Shown one piece after another: positions 1-11,528 of a stretch of 64,000 nucleotides of DNA. Position numbers and translations under genes: made by a program. The stretch is from NCBI GenBank assembly GCA_030390025.1, contig JASTWF010000121.1:744001-808000 (forward strand). The letters run 5' to 3'. This DNA is from Squalus acanthias (Eukaryota). The notes beneath the pieces were generated by a model. That model was not told the DNA's origin. It worked only from the letters and a program-made list of their open reading frames with translations, and did no database searches. The stretch's first letter is position 1; each line of letters starts with the position of its first letter.

Positions 1-1145
1 TGATTTCCCTTTCATAAAACCATGCTGACTCTGCTTGACTGCATTATGATTTTCCAAAGGCCCTGCTACTGCTTCCTTAATGAAGGAATCCAGCATTTTC
101 ACAGCAACAGATGTTAGGCTAACTGGTCTATAGTTTCCTGCTTTCTGTCTCCCTCCTTTCTTAAATAGGGATGTTACATTTGTGGTTTTCCAATCTGCTG
201 GGACCTCTCCAGAATCCAGGGAATTTTGGTATATTGCAACCAATGCAGCCACTATCTCTGCAGCCACTTTTTTTAAGACAGGCTCGAGGGGCCGAATGGC
301 CTACTCCTGCTCCTATCTTCTATGTTTAAGACCCTGGGATGCAGGCCATCTGGTCCAGGGGACTTGTCGTCTTTTAGTCCCATTATTTTACCTGGTAATA
401 TTTCCTTATTGATAGTAATTGTCTTTAGATTCCCCCCTCCTTGTGGCCCCTTGATTATCCATTATTGGGATGTTGTTAGTGTTATCTACTGTGAAGACAG
501 ATACAAAATATTTGTTCAGAGTCACTGCCATTTCCCCGTATCCCATTATTAATTCCCCAGTCTCATTCTCTAAGGGACCAACATTAACTTTAGCAACTCT
601 CTTCCTTTTTATATACCTGTAGAAGCTCTTACTATCTGTTTTAATACTTCTTGCCAGTTTACTCTCATAATTCATCTTCTCTCTCTTTATTATTTTTTAG
701 TCATCCTTTGCTGGTTTTTAAAAATTTCCCAATCCTCTGGCCTCCCACCAATCTTGGCAACATTGTATGCCTTCATTTTCAATTTGATGCCATCCTTTAC
801 TTCCTTAGTTAGCCATGGATGGTGCTCCCTTCTCTTAAAATCTTTCTTTCTCACTGGAATATATTTTTGTTGAGAGTTATGAAATATCTCCTTAAATGTT
901 TGCCACTGCATTTCAACTGACTTACCTTTTAATTTTTTATTCCAGTTCATTTTAGCCAGTTCTGCCATCATGCCATTGTAATTGTTTTTGTTTAAGATCA
1001 GAATACTGGCTTGAGATTCAACTTTCTCACCCTCCAACTGAATTTGAAATCCAACCATGCTATGATCACTCTTTCCTACAGGATCCTTTACTATGAGATT
1101 ATTTATGAATTCTGTCTCATTACACAGTACCAGATCCAAGAGAGC
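1..1145 (-). mobile_element. CR1 LINE ORF2 fragment (endonuclease-RT linker to RT N-terminus), decayed; continues left of the window
   Basis: Minus-strand ORFs 406-675 and 690-1184 contain LDLVLCNE...GKSDHSMV and [11 protein letters not shown], near-identical to the CR1 at 33.7-36.7 kb. Confidence 0.9.
280..324 (+). mobile_element. 45-bp CR1 3'-terminal stub with 8-bp target-site duplication
   Basis: aggctcgaggggccgaatggcctactcctgctcctatcttctatg matches CR1 tails at 12841-12890 and 54966-55010; TTTAAGAC at 272-279 and 325-332; the paralogous CR1 site near 35190 lacks it. Confidence 0.85.
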
Positions 1146-1588
1146 CTCATACATGAAACACAAAAAGTTAGCATGCAGGTACATGAAGTAATTAGGAAGG
1201 CAAATGGAATGTTGGCCTTTATTGCAAAGGGGAATGGAGTATAAAAGTAGGGAAGTCTTGCTACAACTGTACAGGGCATTGGTGAGACCACACCTGGAGA
1301 ACTGCGTACAGTTTTGGTCTTCTTATTTAAGGAGGGATATACTTGCATTGGAGGCAGTTCAGAGAAGGTTCACGGGGTTGATTCCTGAGTTGAAAGGGTT
1401 GTCTTATGAAGAAAGGTTGAGCAGGTTGGGCCTATACTCATTGGAGTTTAGAAGAATGAGAGGGGATATTATTGAAACATATAAGATTTTGAAGGGGCTT
1501 GACAGGGTAGATGCAGAGAGGATGTTTCCCCTCATGGGGGAATTTAGAACTAGGGAGCATGATTTCAGAATAAGGGGCCAGCCATTTA
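1146..1588 (+). mobile_element. CR1 LINE ORF2 C-terminal fragment
   Basis: [32 protein letters not shown] motifs. Confidence 0.9.
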
Positions 1589-1599
1589 ATAGAGTCACA

Positions 1600-2338
1600 G
1601 GGCTGGATTTTCATTGACCCGTGGAGGCGGGTTTGGAGGCGTGTGGGGGGTTAAAATTGCGAAAACTGGCGGGCGGGCACAAGCCCGCCTTCATCCCGCC
1701 TCCACGCAATTATCATTAAATTGTGTCTGCTGGTCCCGACTCCGTCCCGCCTCTAAGAGACGGGATAGGCTGTTAAGGCCCTTAACAAGCACTAAATTGG
1801 CTCTATAATGCCATTTTGAAAGGCCTTTGTGATTTTAACCCTTGATCTACGTGAAGCACGCCTGTTCTGAACCACGATTGTGAAACCTGGCGGGAGCACA
1901 TTTGGATAGCTGACTATCAGCTGCAGGTCCACTATTACAACGGAGATGTGATGAAGGCAGTAGTAGTATTAGGTCTGAAAGTAGCTTCTGATGCTGCTGC
2001 ATTGAAGATCTTTAGAGACTGCCTGGCCTTTGCTGTGAGAGGACCTGGATGGAAAAAATTCTCTCTCTCTCTCTCTCTCTCTCCTCATTTTGCATTCAGG
2101 TCCTCTCACAGCAAAGGCCAGGCAGTCTCTGACCTTCAATGCAGCAGCAATGATGACATCATCAGAGGCGACTTTCAGACTGAAACCACTAATTGGTTCA
2201 TGGGTTCCCACATGCTGAAACTCAATTGCCCAATTAGGTTAAAATTGCATCAATCTCCCACATCCAATTCCAGTCGGGTGGATAACACGAAATGCGGATG
2301 ACACGACCCCAACCCGCCCCAGTATCAAAATCCAGCCC
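1600..2338. mobile_element. Non-autonomous PIF/Harbinger-type element (MITE)
   Basis: TIRs GGGCTGGATTTT...AAAATCCAGCCC; imperfect 3-bp TSD (aca/ata) within a CR1 tail; same ends as 45568-46410 and as the right end of the Harbinger at 22231-22242. Confidence 0.8.
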
Positions 2339-5300
2339 ATAGAGTTATACAGCACAGAAAGAGGCCCTTCGTCCCATCATGTCCGCGACGGCCATCAAGC
2401 CCTGTCTATTCTAATCCCATTTTCCAGCACTTGGTCCGTAGCCTTGTATGCTATGGCATTTCAAGTGCTCATCTAAATGCTTCTTGAATGTTGTGAGGGT
2501 TCCTGCCTCTACCATCCTTTCAGGCAGTGAGTTCCAGATTCCAACCACCCTCTGGGTGAAAAGGTTTTTCCTCAAATTCCCTCTAAATCTCTTGCCCCTT
2601 ACCTTGAAACTATGCCCCCTGGTTATTGACGCCTCTACTAAGGGGAAAAGTTGATTTCTATCTACCCTATCTATGCCCCTCATAATTTTGTACACCTCAA
2701 TCAGGTCCCCCCTCAGCCTTCTCTGCTCTAAGGAAAACAACCCCATCCTGTCCAGTCACTCTTCATAACTGAAGCGCTGCAGCCCAGGTGAATCTCCTCT
2801 GCACCCTCTCCAATGCAATCACATCCTTCCTATAGTGTGGCGACCAGAATTGCACACAGTATTCCAGCTGTGGCCTAACTAGCATTTTGGACAGCTCCAT
2901 CATAACCTCCCTGCTCTTATATTCTATGCCTTGGCTAATGAAGGCAAGTATCCCATATGCCTTTTTAACTACCTTATCTACCTGTCCTGCTGCCTTCAGG
3001 GATTTATGTACATGCACACCAAGGTCCCTCTGATCCTCTGTCCTTCCTACCATTCATTGTGTATTCCCTTGCCTTGTTAGTCCTCCCAAAATCATCTCCT
3101 CACACTTTTCAGAGTTAACTTCCATTTGCCACTGTTCTGCCCATCTATGCACCCCATCTATATCGTCCTGTAGCCTAAGGCTTCCTTCCTCGCTATTTAC
3201 CACTCCACTAATTTTCGTTTAATCTGCGAACTTACTGATCATACCTCCTACATTCATATCTAAATCATTAATGTACACTACAAACAGCAAAGGACCCAGC
3301 ACCGATCCCTGCGGTGCACCACTGGACACAGGCGTCCAGTCACAAAAAGAACCTTCGACTATTACCCTCTGCATCCTGCCACTAAGCCAAAATTGCCCTG
3401 GATCCCATGGGCTCTTACCTTCTTGACCAGTCTCCTATGTGGGACTTTGTCAAAAGCCTTACTGAAGTCCATGTAGACCACATCAACTGCACTACCCTCA
3501 TCCACACACCGAGTCAACCCCCCGAAAAATTCAATCAAATTGGTTAGACATGATCTCCCCCTGACAAAGCCATGCTGACTATCCTTGATTAATCCTTGCC
3601 TCTCCAAGTGGAGACTAATTCTGTCCCTCAGAATTTTTTCCAATAATTTCCCTACCACTGATGTTAGGCTCAACGGCTTGTAATTCCCTAGTTTATCCCT
3701 ACTACCCTTCTTGAATAATGGTACTACGTTAGCTGTTCTCCAGTCCTCTGGCACCTCCCCTGTGGCCAGACAGGTTCTTAAAATTTGTGTCAGAGCCCCT
3801 GCAATCTCCTCCCTTGCCTCACACAGCAGCCTGGGATACATCTCGTCTGGGCCTGGGGATTTATCCACTTTTAAGCACACTAAAACCGCTAGTACCTCCT
3901 CCCTCTCAATACTATTTTGTTCAAGTATATCACAATCCCCCTGCCTGATTTCTATGCCTACATCATCCTTTCATCCTTTTCCATAGTGAACACTGATGCA
4001 AAATATTCATTTAAAACCTCACCTTTATCTTCCGGCTCGACACAGATTGCCACTTTGGTCCCTTATGGGCACAATGCTTTCCCTGGTTATCCTCTTGCCC
4101 TTAATATGCTTATAAAACACCTTGAGATTTTCCTTTATTTTGCCCGCCAGTGTTTTTTCATGCCCCCTATTCGCTCTCCTAATTTCTTTTTTAAGTACCC
4201 CCCTGCACCTTTATAGTCCTCTAGGCCTTCCACTGTTTTTAGTCCTTTGTATCTGCCAAAAGCCTCCCTTTTTTCCCTAATGCATTCTTCTATATCCCTT
4301 GACATCCAGGGTTCCCTGGCCTTGTTGGTCCCACCCTTGACCTTTACGGGAACATGCTGGCGTTGTACTCTCTCTATTTCCTTTCTGACAGGCTCCCACT
4401 GCTCTGATGTGGATTTGCCTAGAAGTAGCTGATTCCAGTCCACTTTGGTCACATCCTGCCTTATCATATTAAAATCGTCCTTCCCCCAAGTTAGAACCTT
4501 GTCCATCTTTGTCCTTTTCCATGACTACCTTAAATCTCACTGAATTATGGTCACTGTCATCAAAATGCTCTCCTACTGACACTTCTACCACTTGCCCGGC
4601 TACATTCCCTAGAATTAGGTCGAGTACCGCCTCCTCTCTTGTTGGACTTTCTACATGCTGGCTCAAAAAGCTCTCCTGGATGCACTTTAACAATTCCGCA
4701 CCCTCAAAGCCTTTCGCACTCTGACTATCCAAGTTAACTTTGAGTAAGTTAAAATCCCCTACTATTATTACCCTATTATTTCTACACTTCTCTGAGATTT
4801 GCCTACATATCTGTTCCTCTATCTCCCCCTGACTGTTTGGGGGCCTATAGTACACTCCCAGCAAAGTGCTTGCCCCCTTTTTGTTTTTAAGTTCTACCCA
4901 TATGGCCTCATTAGAGGAACCTGCTAATATATCATCCCTCCTTACAGCAGTAATTGACTCCTTGATTAATATTGTGACACTCCCTCCTCTATTATACTCC
5001 ACTCTGTCTCGCCTGAAGATTCTATACACGGAATATTGAGCTGCCAGTCCTGCCCCTCCCTCAACCATGTCTCTGTGATAGCAACAATATCATACTCCCA
5101 TGTGTTCATCAACACCTTCAATTCATCTGCATTACTCGTAAGACTCCTTGCATTAAAATAAATGCCATCCAGCCTTGCCATACTCCCTTTTCTCTGCCTT
5201 CCAGGCTGATTTGTTTTTTCCTCCATATTTGGCTGTGCATCACCCCATGCTATTGCTCCACTCCGTATCCCATCCTCCTGCCAAGTTAGTTTAAACCCCC

Positions 5301-7290
5301 CTCAACAGTACCAGCAAACCTCCCCGCAAGGATGTTGGTCCCGTTCCAGTTCAGGTGCAACTCGTCCGACTTGTACAGTTCCCACCTTTCCCAGAAGTAG
5401 ACCCAGTGATCCAGGAAACTAAATCCCTCCCTCCTGCACCAACTCTTTAGCCATGCATTCATCTGCTCTATCCTCCTATTCCTATACTCACTAGCACGTG
5501 GCACCGGGAGTAATCCAGAGATTATAACCTTTGAGGTCCTGCTTTTTAATCTGTTACCTAGCTCCCTAAATTCTTGTTGCAGGACCTCATCCCTCTTTAA
5601 GAACATAAGAACATAAGAACATAAGAACATAAGAAATAGGAGCAGGAGTAGGCCAATCGGCCCCTCGAGCCTGCTCCGCCATTCAATAAGATCATGGCTG
5701 ATCTGATCCTAACCGCCAATCTACTATCTATCACAGAACCATCTCCTGCATCTAACAGAATTGCACACACGAAATAGGAGCAGAATCAGACTACACGGTC
5801 CCTGGGCCCGCTCCACTACCCACAGGGCCATGACCGATCCGAACCTAGACTCATGTCCAAATTCCTGCCCTCTCCCCGTAACCCTTAATGCCCTTTACTT
5901 CTAGGAAACTGTCAATTTCTGTTTTAAATTTATTTAATGATGTAGCTTCTACAGCTTTTTGTGGCAGCATATTCCATGGACCTACCACCCTCTGAGTGAA
6001 GTAGTTCCTCCTCATCTCAATTTTGAAAGAGCAGCCCCTTATTCTAAGACTATGTCCCCTAGTTCTAGTCTCACCCGTCATCGGGAACATCCTCCCCGCA
6101 TCCACCCGATCCAACCCCTTCACAATCTTATATGTTTCAATAAGATCGCCTCTCATTCTTCTGAACTCCAATGAGTAGAGTCCCAATCTACCCAACCTCT
6201 CCTCATATGACCACCCCCTCATCCCCGGGATTAACCGAGTGAACATTTTTTGCACTGCCTCGAGAGCAAGGATGTCTTTCCTTAAGTAAGGACACCCATG
6301 TCGTTCGTACCAATGTCAACCACGACCTCTGACTGTTCGCCCTCCCCCTTCAGAATGCCCTGCAGCCTTTCAGTGACATCCTTGACCCTGGCACCAGTGA
6401 GGCAACATACCATCCTGGAGTCACGTCTGCGGCCACAGAAACATCTATCTGTTCCCCTTACGATAGAATCCCCTTTCACTATTGCTCTCCCACTCTTTTT
6501 CCTCCCCTCCTGTGCAGCTGAGCCACTCATAGTGCCATGGACTTGGCTCTTGCTGCATTCCCCTGAGAAACCATCTCCCCCAACCGTATCCAAAATGGAA
6601 AATCTGTTGGAGAGGGAGATGGACCCAGGGGACTCCTGCACTACCTTCCTAGTTCTTTTACTCTGTCTGGCGGTCACCCATTCCCTGTCTGCCTGTGCAC
6701 TCTTTACCTGCGGTGTGACCACCTCGTTAAACGTGCTATCCACAAAGATCTCAGGTTCGCGGATGCTCCACAGTGACTCCAGCCGCAGTTCCAGCTCCGA
6801 AACGCAGGTTTCGAGTAGCTGCAGCTGGAGACACTTCCTGCACACGTGTTCGCCCTGGACACCGAAAGTGTCCCTGACTTCCCACATAGCACAGGAGGAG
6901 CACTCCACGCTGCCGAGCTGCCCTGCCATGTCCTACCCTTAATTTGCTCACTTTACTTCCTTTAAATTACAGAATAGTAAATACACTAGGGACCTTATTT
7001 CCCTTTAAACACTACTTACTATAAACTAGAGACCTTACTTTTACTTTAACAACTGGACTGTAGAAATACTCACCAGGTCCTACTTACCAATCAGCTCCTT
7101 CCCTGGTTGTGATGTCACTTTAGCGGTTTCGCAGTTGTTGTTGTTTGACTGCTCCCGCTCTCCGACTCTTTCCTTGGTGTAAAGTAAGAACCAATTCCTA
7201 CAGGGTGAAAAGTTAGGAAAAACAAAGGCGAAGCAAGGGAGCTCCTCCTTCCACTCTTCACCTAACTCCCTGACTCACCCAACTCGCAGC
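2339..7290 (-). mobile_element. Near full-length decayed CR1 LINE (5' UTR, ORF1, ORF2 EN+RT, 3' tail)
   Basis: ORF1 with CxxC...CxxC zinc finger, leucine zipper and SGNH-esterase GDSIVRG / GTND / LHLN (6929-6297, 5598-5286); EN motifs NARSL, YRPP, GDFN, SDHN; RT motifs QHGF, DFSKAFD; many frameshifts. Confidence 0.9.
5599..6296 (-). mobile_element. 5'-truncated CR1 inserted in ORF1 of the previous element
   Basis: ORF 5851-6255 is the CR1 ORF2 C-terminus; (AAGAACAT)n tail at 5599-5635 splits the host esterase domain. Confidence 0.85.
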
Positions 7291-7302
7291 ACTCTGTTTA
7301 AA

Positions 7303-8101
7303 CCTTCAATCCTGTTCATTACAGGAAGCCAATGAACTGTAAACAGTTGAGGATCCTGAAACTCCCAGCTGGGGACTACTCTGTCTACCCTATGTTCTTA
7401 TGTTCTAGACAGTTGTTGTACAAAATTGGAGATGAGGAGGAATTTCTTCTCTCAGAGGGTCGTGAATCTTTGGAATTCTCTTCCCCAGAGAGCTGTGGAG
7501 GCTGGGTCATTGAATATATTTAAGGTGGTGATAGACAGGTTTTTGGAAGTTAAGGGAATCAAGGGTTATGGGGAGCAGGCAGGGAAGTGGAGTAGAGGTC
7601 GCTGATCAGCCATGATCTTATTGAATGTTGGAGCAGACTCGAGGGGCCAAATGACCTAATCCTGCTCCTATGTCTTATGTTCTTATGTTCTAGACAGTTG
7701 TTGTTACAAACAGCGGTCGACCAGTCAGCCGTCACTGGGCCAACTGGACTTTTTGCTTCGTCTTATTGGCCAATCACTGTTTGAGCAATTGTTGAGCACT
7801 CAACCACAGAGAGATTAGTCCGTTCATTGCAGAAATCTATGGCAGTAGCACAGAAACAAGAACATCAGGAAGAATGAGGAATTCATTTAGAGGAATAATT
7901 ACTTCTCATTTTTTGTGAAATTTACAACCTGACATTTCATTTTAAATATTTCTTTCACCAGAACACTTACAGATGAGAGGCATGTTCACTAACGTTCATT
8001 GGCTTAAACTATAGGGTAGACAGAGTAGTCCCCAGCTGGGAGTTCCAGGATGTTCACCTGTTTACAGTTCATTGTCTTCCTGCAATGAACAGGATTGAAG
8101 G
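7303..8101. mobile_element. MITE with ~90-bp terminal inverted repeats, possibly piggyBac-like; contains a CR1 3' fragment (~7425-7690)
   Basis: 7303-7393 is the reverse complement of ~8011-8101; CCTT...AAGG ends flanked by degenerate TTAA (taaa / ttat). Confidence 0.65.
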
Positions 8102-8304
8102 TTATAAAGATAGGGACAGAAAACTGTCCCTTTTAAATTACAGCACAGTTGGGGAAGCAGATCAGGAATTCAGGCACTGAGGTCAGTGAGATTTCACTCT
8201 GAAAGAGTGCGGTCGGATTCAATCACCTCAGCTTACAGCAGAAGAAACCGGAGGATGGGGGTTCGAGCCTCCCGGAGAAGGCCTGAAGAAAGGAGAAGGG
8301 AAAT

Positions 8305-8465
8305 AAACTGGGAGCAACACTGAGGGAAGGAGAGAGGAAAGAAACTGGGAGCAACACTGAGGGAAGGAGAGGGGAAAGAAACTGGGAGCAACACTGAGCG
8401 AAGGAGAGAGGAAAGAATCAGGGAGCAACACTGAGGGAAGGAGAGAGGAAAGAAACTGGGAGCAA
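8305..8465 (+). repeat. ~37-bp tandem repeat, about 4.5 copies
   Basis: Unit aaactgggagcaacactgagggaaggagagaggaaag. Confidence 0.85.
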
Positions 8466-8809
8466 TAGAAGATCAGTGGGAGGTGTTCAAATAATAATTT
8501 AAGGTGATACAGAACCAGTCTGTACCCCTGAGGGGCAAGAGCTCTACTTGCAAAAAAAAAATCATAGACGACTAAAGAGGTAAGAGATAGCATAAAACTA
8601 AAAGAAAAAGCAAACAAAAATACAAAAAATAGCACAAATCTTGGCGAATGGGAAAGATACAAAGAATAGCAAAGGAAAGGTTCACAAAACTGATAGTAAG
8701 AATTACAAAAAGGGAGCATGAAAAGAAACTTGCAAGGGACATCAAAATCATTCCTTTTTTTATAATTATATTAGTAAATGAGAGTGGTCAAGAGCAATGT
8801 TGGCCCCTT

Positions 8810-9479
8810 TGTAAGAATAAAAATATATGTCTTGTATGTGTGATGGACTCGAGACTATTAATATGTAATAAAGGTGAATTTGATGTGTGTGGATCTCCCT
8901 GCTCAAGGTAACAACATGAAACTTAACAAAGGAAACCTGCATAACAGGATAAACCCCCACAGAGACAGCATCGAAAACCCATCGAAACTCACCATCGAAA
9001 CTCAAGAGCCATTAAAAGGTGTGAACAAACAATTAACTTAATCAAGAAATGGCACCAGCCCCTGCAGACAGACACATGCTCAAAGGAAAGCCAATCAAGA
9101 ACTGCCATGAAACTAAGACCCAATCCTGGGGTCTTAGTAATTTAGACTAGAGACAATGGACTTAAAAAGATATAAAATAAGGAACTCAAAGACTTTCGCT
9201 CTCTCTGGATGAACACATGAAAAGCAGGAAGCCCTCCCTCTACAGACCAGAGCAAGAAGCAAGGAGAAAGGCCGCGTGCATTGCTTGACTCAGGGAAGTA
9301 CAAGTCTGTTTAAATCTAACCCAACACCTTACCTGTTGTAATCGAGTAGAGTCCATAGATACCAGTAGGCTATTGTTTTGATGTGCATGAGTGTGTGTGT
9401 TTCATAAACTTATTCCAAATTGTTTCAAAAGAATTGGTCTTGCTGTCAATTTAATGCCAGTCAAAATAAAAAGCTTACA
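8810..9479 (+). repeat. 5' LTR
   Basis: Starts TGTAAG, ends CTTACA; TATAAAA near 9172; AATAAA just before the 3' end; 8970-9479 is repeated at 14850-15363. Confidence 0.9.
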
Positions 9480-9483
9480 AAAC

Positions 9484-9501
9484 TGGGGGCTCGTCCGGGA
9501 T
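9484..9501 (+). promoter_or_regulatory. Primer-binding site for tRNA-Pro
   Basis: TGGGGGCTCGTCCGGGAT, the 18-nt complement of the tRNA-Pro 3' end (same as the MLV PBS), 4 nt after the LTR. Confidence 0.95.
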
Positions 9502-9659
9502 CAGGCGAGACAGCTTTAGATCATTCTTATAAACAATTGGAAATTTCGGGAGTTGCGATTCTAACCTGTGGTGCGAAGTTTAAAAGTTAATTCCAAAGAC
9601 ACAGGATGAAGGGATCGGGGGCATAGGAAAAGCCAGTAAAAGACGTAGCTGTAGCCTAC

Positions 9660-11528
9660 CATGAAAAAATATACGAAAAGGTGTCCATAAGGGACTTACA
9701 AGAGTTACGGGCACGATGCATCTGTAAGGGCCAACATGCGTCCTTTGTGGAGCTCGTGGCATTTATCCAGGAGAGGGTAGATGAGGGAAAGCTAAGGCCC
9801 AAACAGGCAAACAGTCTCTTGGCATTCGGGGAACATTACTGTGCTCGGAGAGATGAGGAATTAATGAGGCAGGATGCAAAAGAGTTTTGAGATTTAAAGG
9901 GAGAGATACAAGATTTAAAAGAAATAAAAGTCAAAGAGATTCACCTAAAATAAAGAGTTTCAAAATATGAAAGAACAGAAAGAAGAAGGCCTCCAGTTTG
10001 TTAGGCAGTTAAAGGTGGGAGAAATCCAGCATTTGAGACAAGAAATCGAGCGATTAAGCCACAGTATCAGGCAACTAGAAAGAGGAGCCGAGCAGGCAGC
10101 TTCGTGGCTACAGCAACAAAGCCTTTCAAATTTAAATGCAGGAGCAGCCGTCGCTGCAGCAAATGAAACCAGATTAAAGATCAAGAAATATAAATTGGAA
10201 AACCTGGGGCTCCGGCAGGAAGTAGAAGAGGTTAGGGGGGCATTAAGGGAAAGCAATTAAGAAGCCACATGGGGAGGCAGACCACTCCCGGTGCCACCTC
10301 AAAATAGTGCAGCTAAAGAGTAAATTAGGGCAGCAACAGGCTCCAGTATCCACAGTAACACGGGGAGCCATAACAGAGACAACAGAAGGGGATGAGGGGG
10401 AGACAGATTGGGAAGAGGAAGGCAGTCCGTATAATCCCCAGGAGGGCGGTGTAGGATGGGATACCTTGGAGACACAAGGGCCAACCGTAGCAGTAGTGAC
10501 CACCTCTTTACGGCGTAATGTGCATGGTCACATCACTAGTAACCATACCGACTCACGGCCCATATCTGGTGCTGATGCCACGGCGTGTAGCGACGAGTTG
10601 GGGCCCATTAATGATGGGGACGACCCACTGGTAGTTAATAGGAGTTGGGCAGATTTCAGGAGGGGTCACCCCGAGTTAGACGAGGGAGACTTAACACGAG
10701 TCCTCCTCTTGTCCTGTTCCACTTCTTTAAAGAATAATCTGCCAGACGCGGTCCTCCAGCGTGGCGCAGCGACCGATTCAGTCGTGACCGAGATCCAAAA
10801 CCATTTAGGGATCCAAAACTTAAACTTAGTGGCTATGCTTAGTCAGACCAAACAGCGCCCAGATGAGACCCCGAGAGCCTTCAGTAAGCGCCTGTACGAT
10901 ATCTATGAACGTTCCCAGAACCAGGCACCCGCAAATACTGCAGCAAGAAAGGACCAGGAACAATTCAGAACAACGTTCCTGACCCAACTCCACTCTCGTT
11001 AAAACCACCCTGGGCATAGCTGTGAGGCCCGCCGATCAGTGGACAGATATAGAGACTAACGTTCAAAGAGCCTGGGAGATGGTAAAAGACCAGTTAAAGG
11101 TGAAGTCACCACCCACCGCAAATAAACCAGTGTCAGCGGTGGAGGGACCTAGGTACTACCCCTTTAGGGGACAGTGCTTTAATTGTAAGAAGGAAGGTCA
11201 CCGAGCAAAACACTGCCGGAGACCCAGACAGGCACCGGACCACGATGCAACGCATAGATACCTCCCGAGAGACGAACCCAAACACTCTGGGATGGAACAA
11301 CAATTGGCTCAGTTAGTTACCCTTCTAAAAAAGGACGAACCCAAGCCCTCTGGGACGGATCAACGATTGGACCAGTTGATAATCCTCATGAAAGCCCAAA
11401 TTGTCACGGGGGGGATGCAAAATCATTTACCGGTGCATGCAATCGCCAATGCACTCCCATTGGGAATGCAAAATCCTATCGTCAATACACACCCATTGGA
11501 GGGACCCCTCCAAGGATCCACCCTATGA
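9660..11528 (+). pseudogene. gag: gag (N-terminal coiled coil, capsid-like region, CCHC zinc knuckle), disrupted
   Basis: ORFs 9681-9890, 9967-10260, 10307-11002, 11022-11528; QRPDETPRAFSKRL (MHR-like); CFNCKKEGHRAKHC; start position approximate. Confidence 0.8.

Noticed and set aside
6298-6942. 214-aa plus-strand ORF and similar antisense ORFs over CR1 copies
   Set aside because: Shadow frames opposite CR1 ORF1/ORF2
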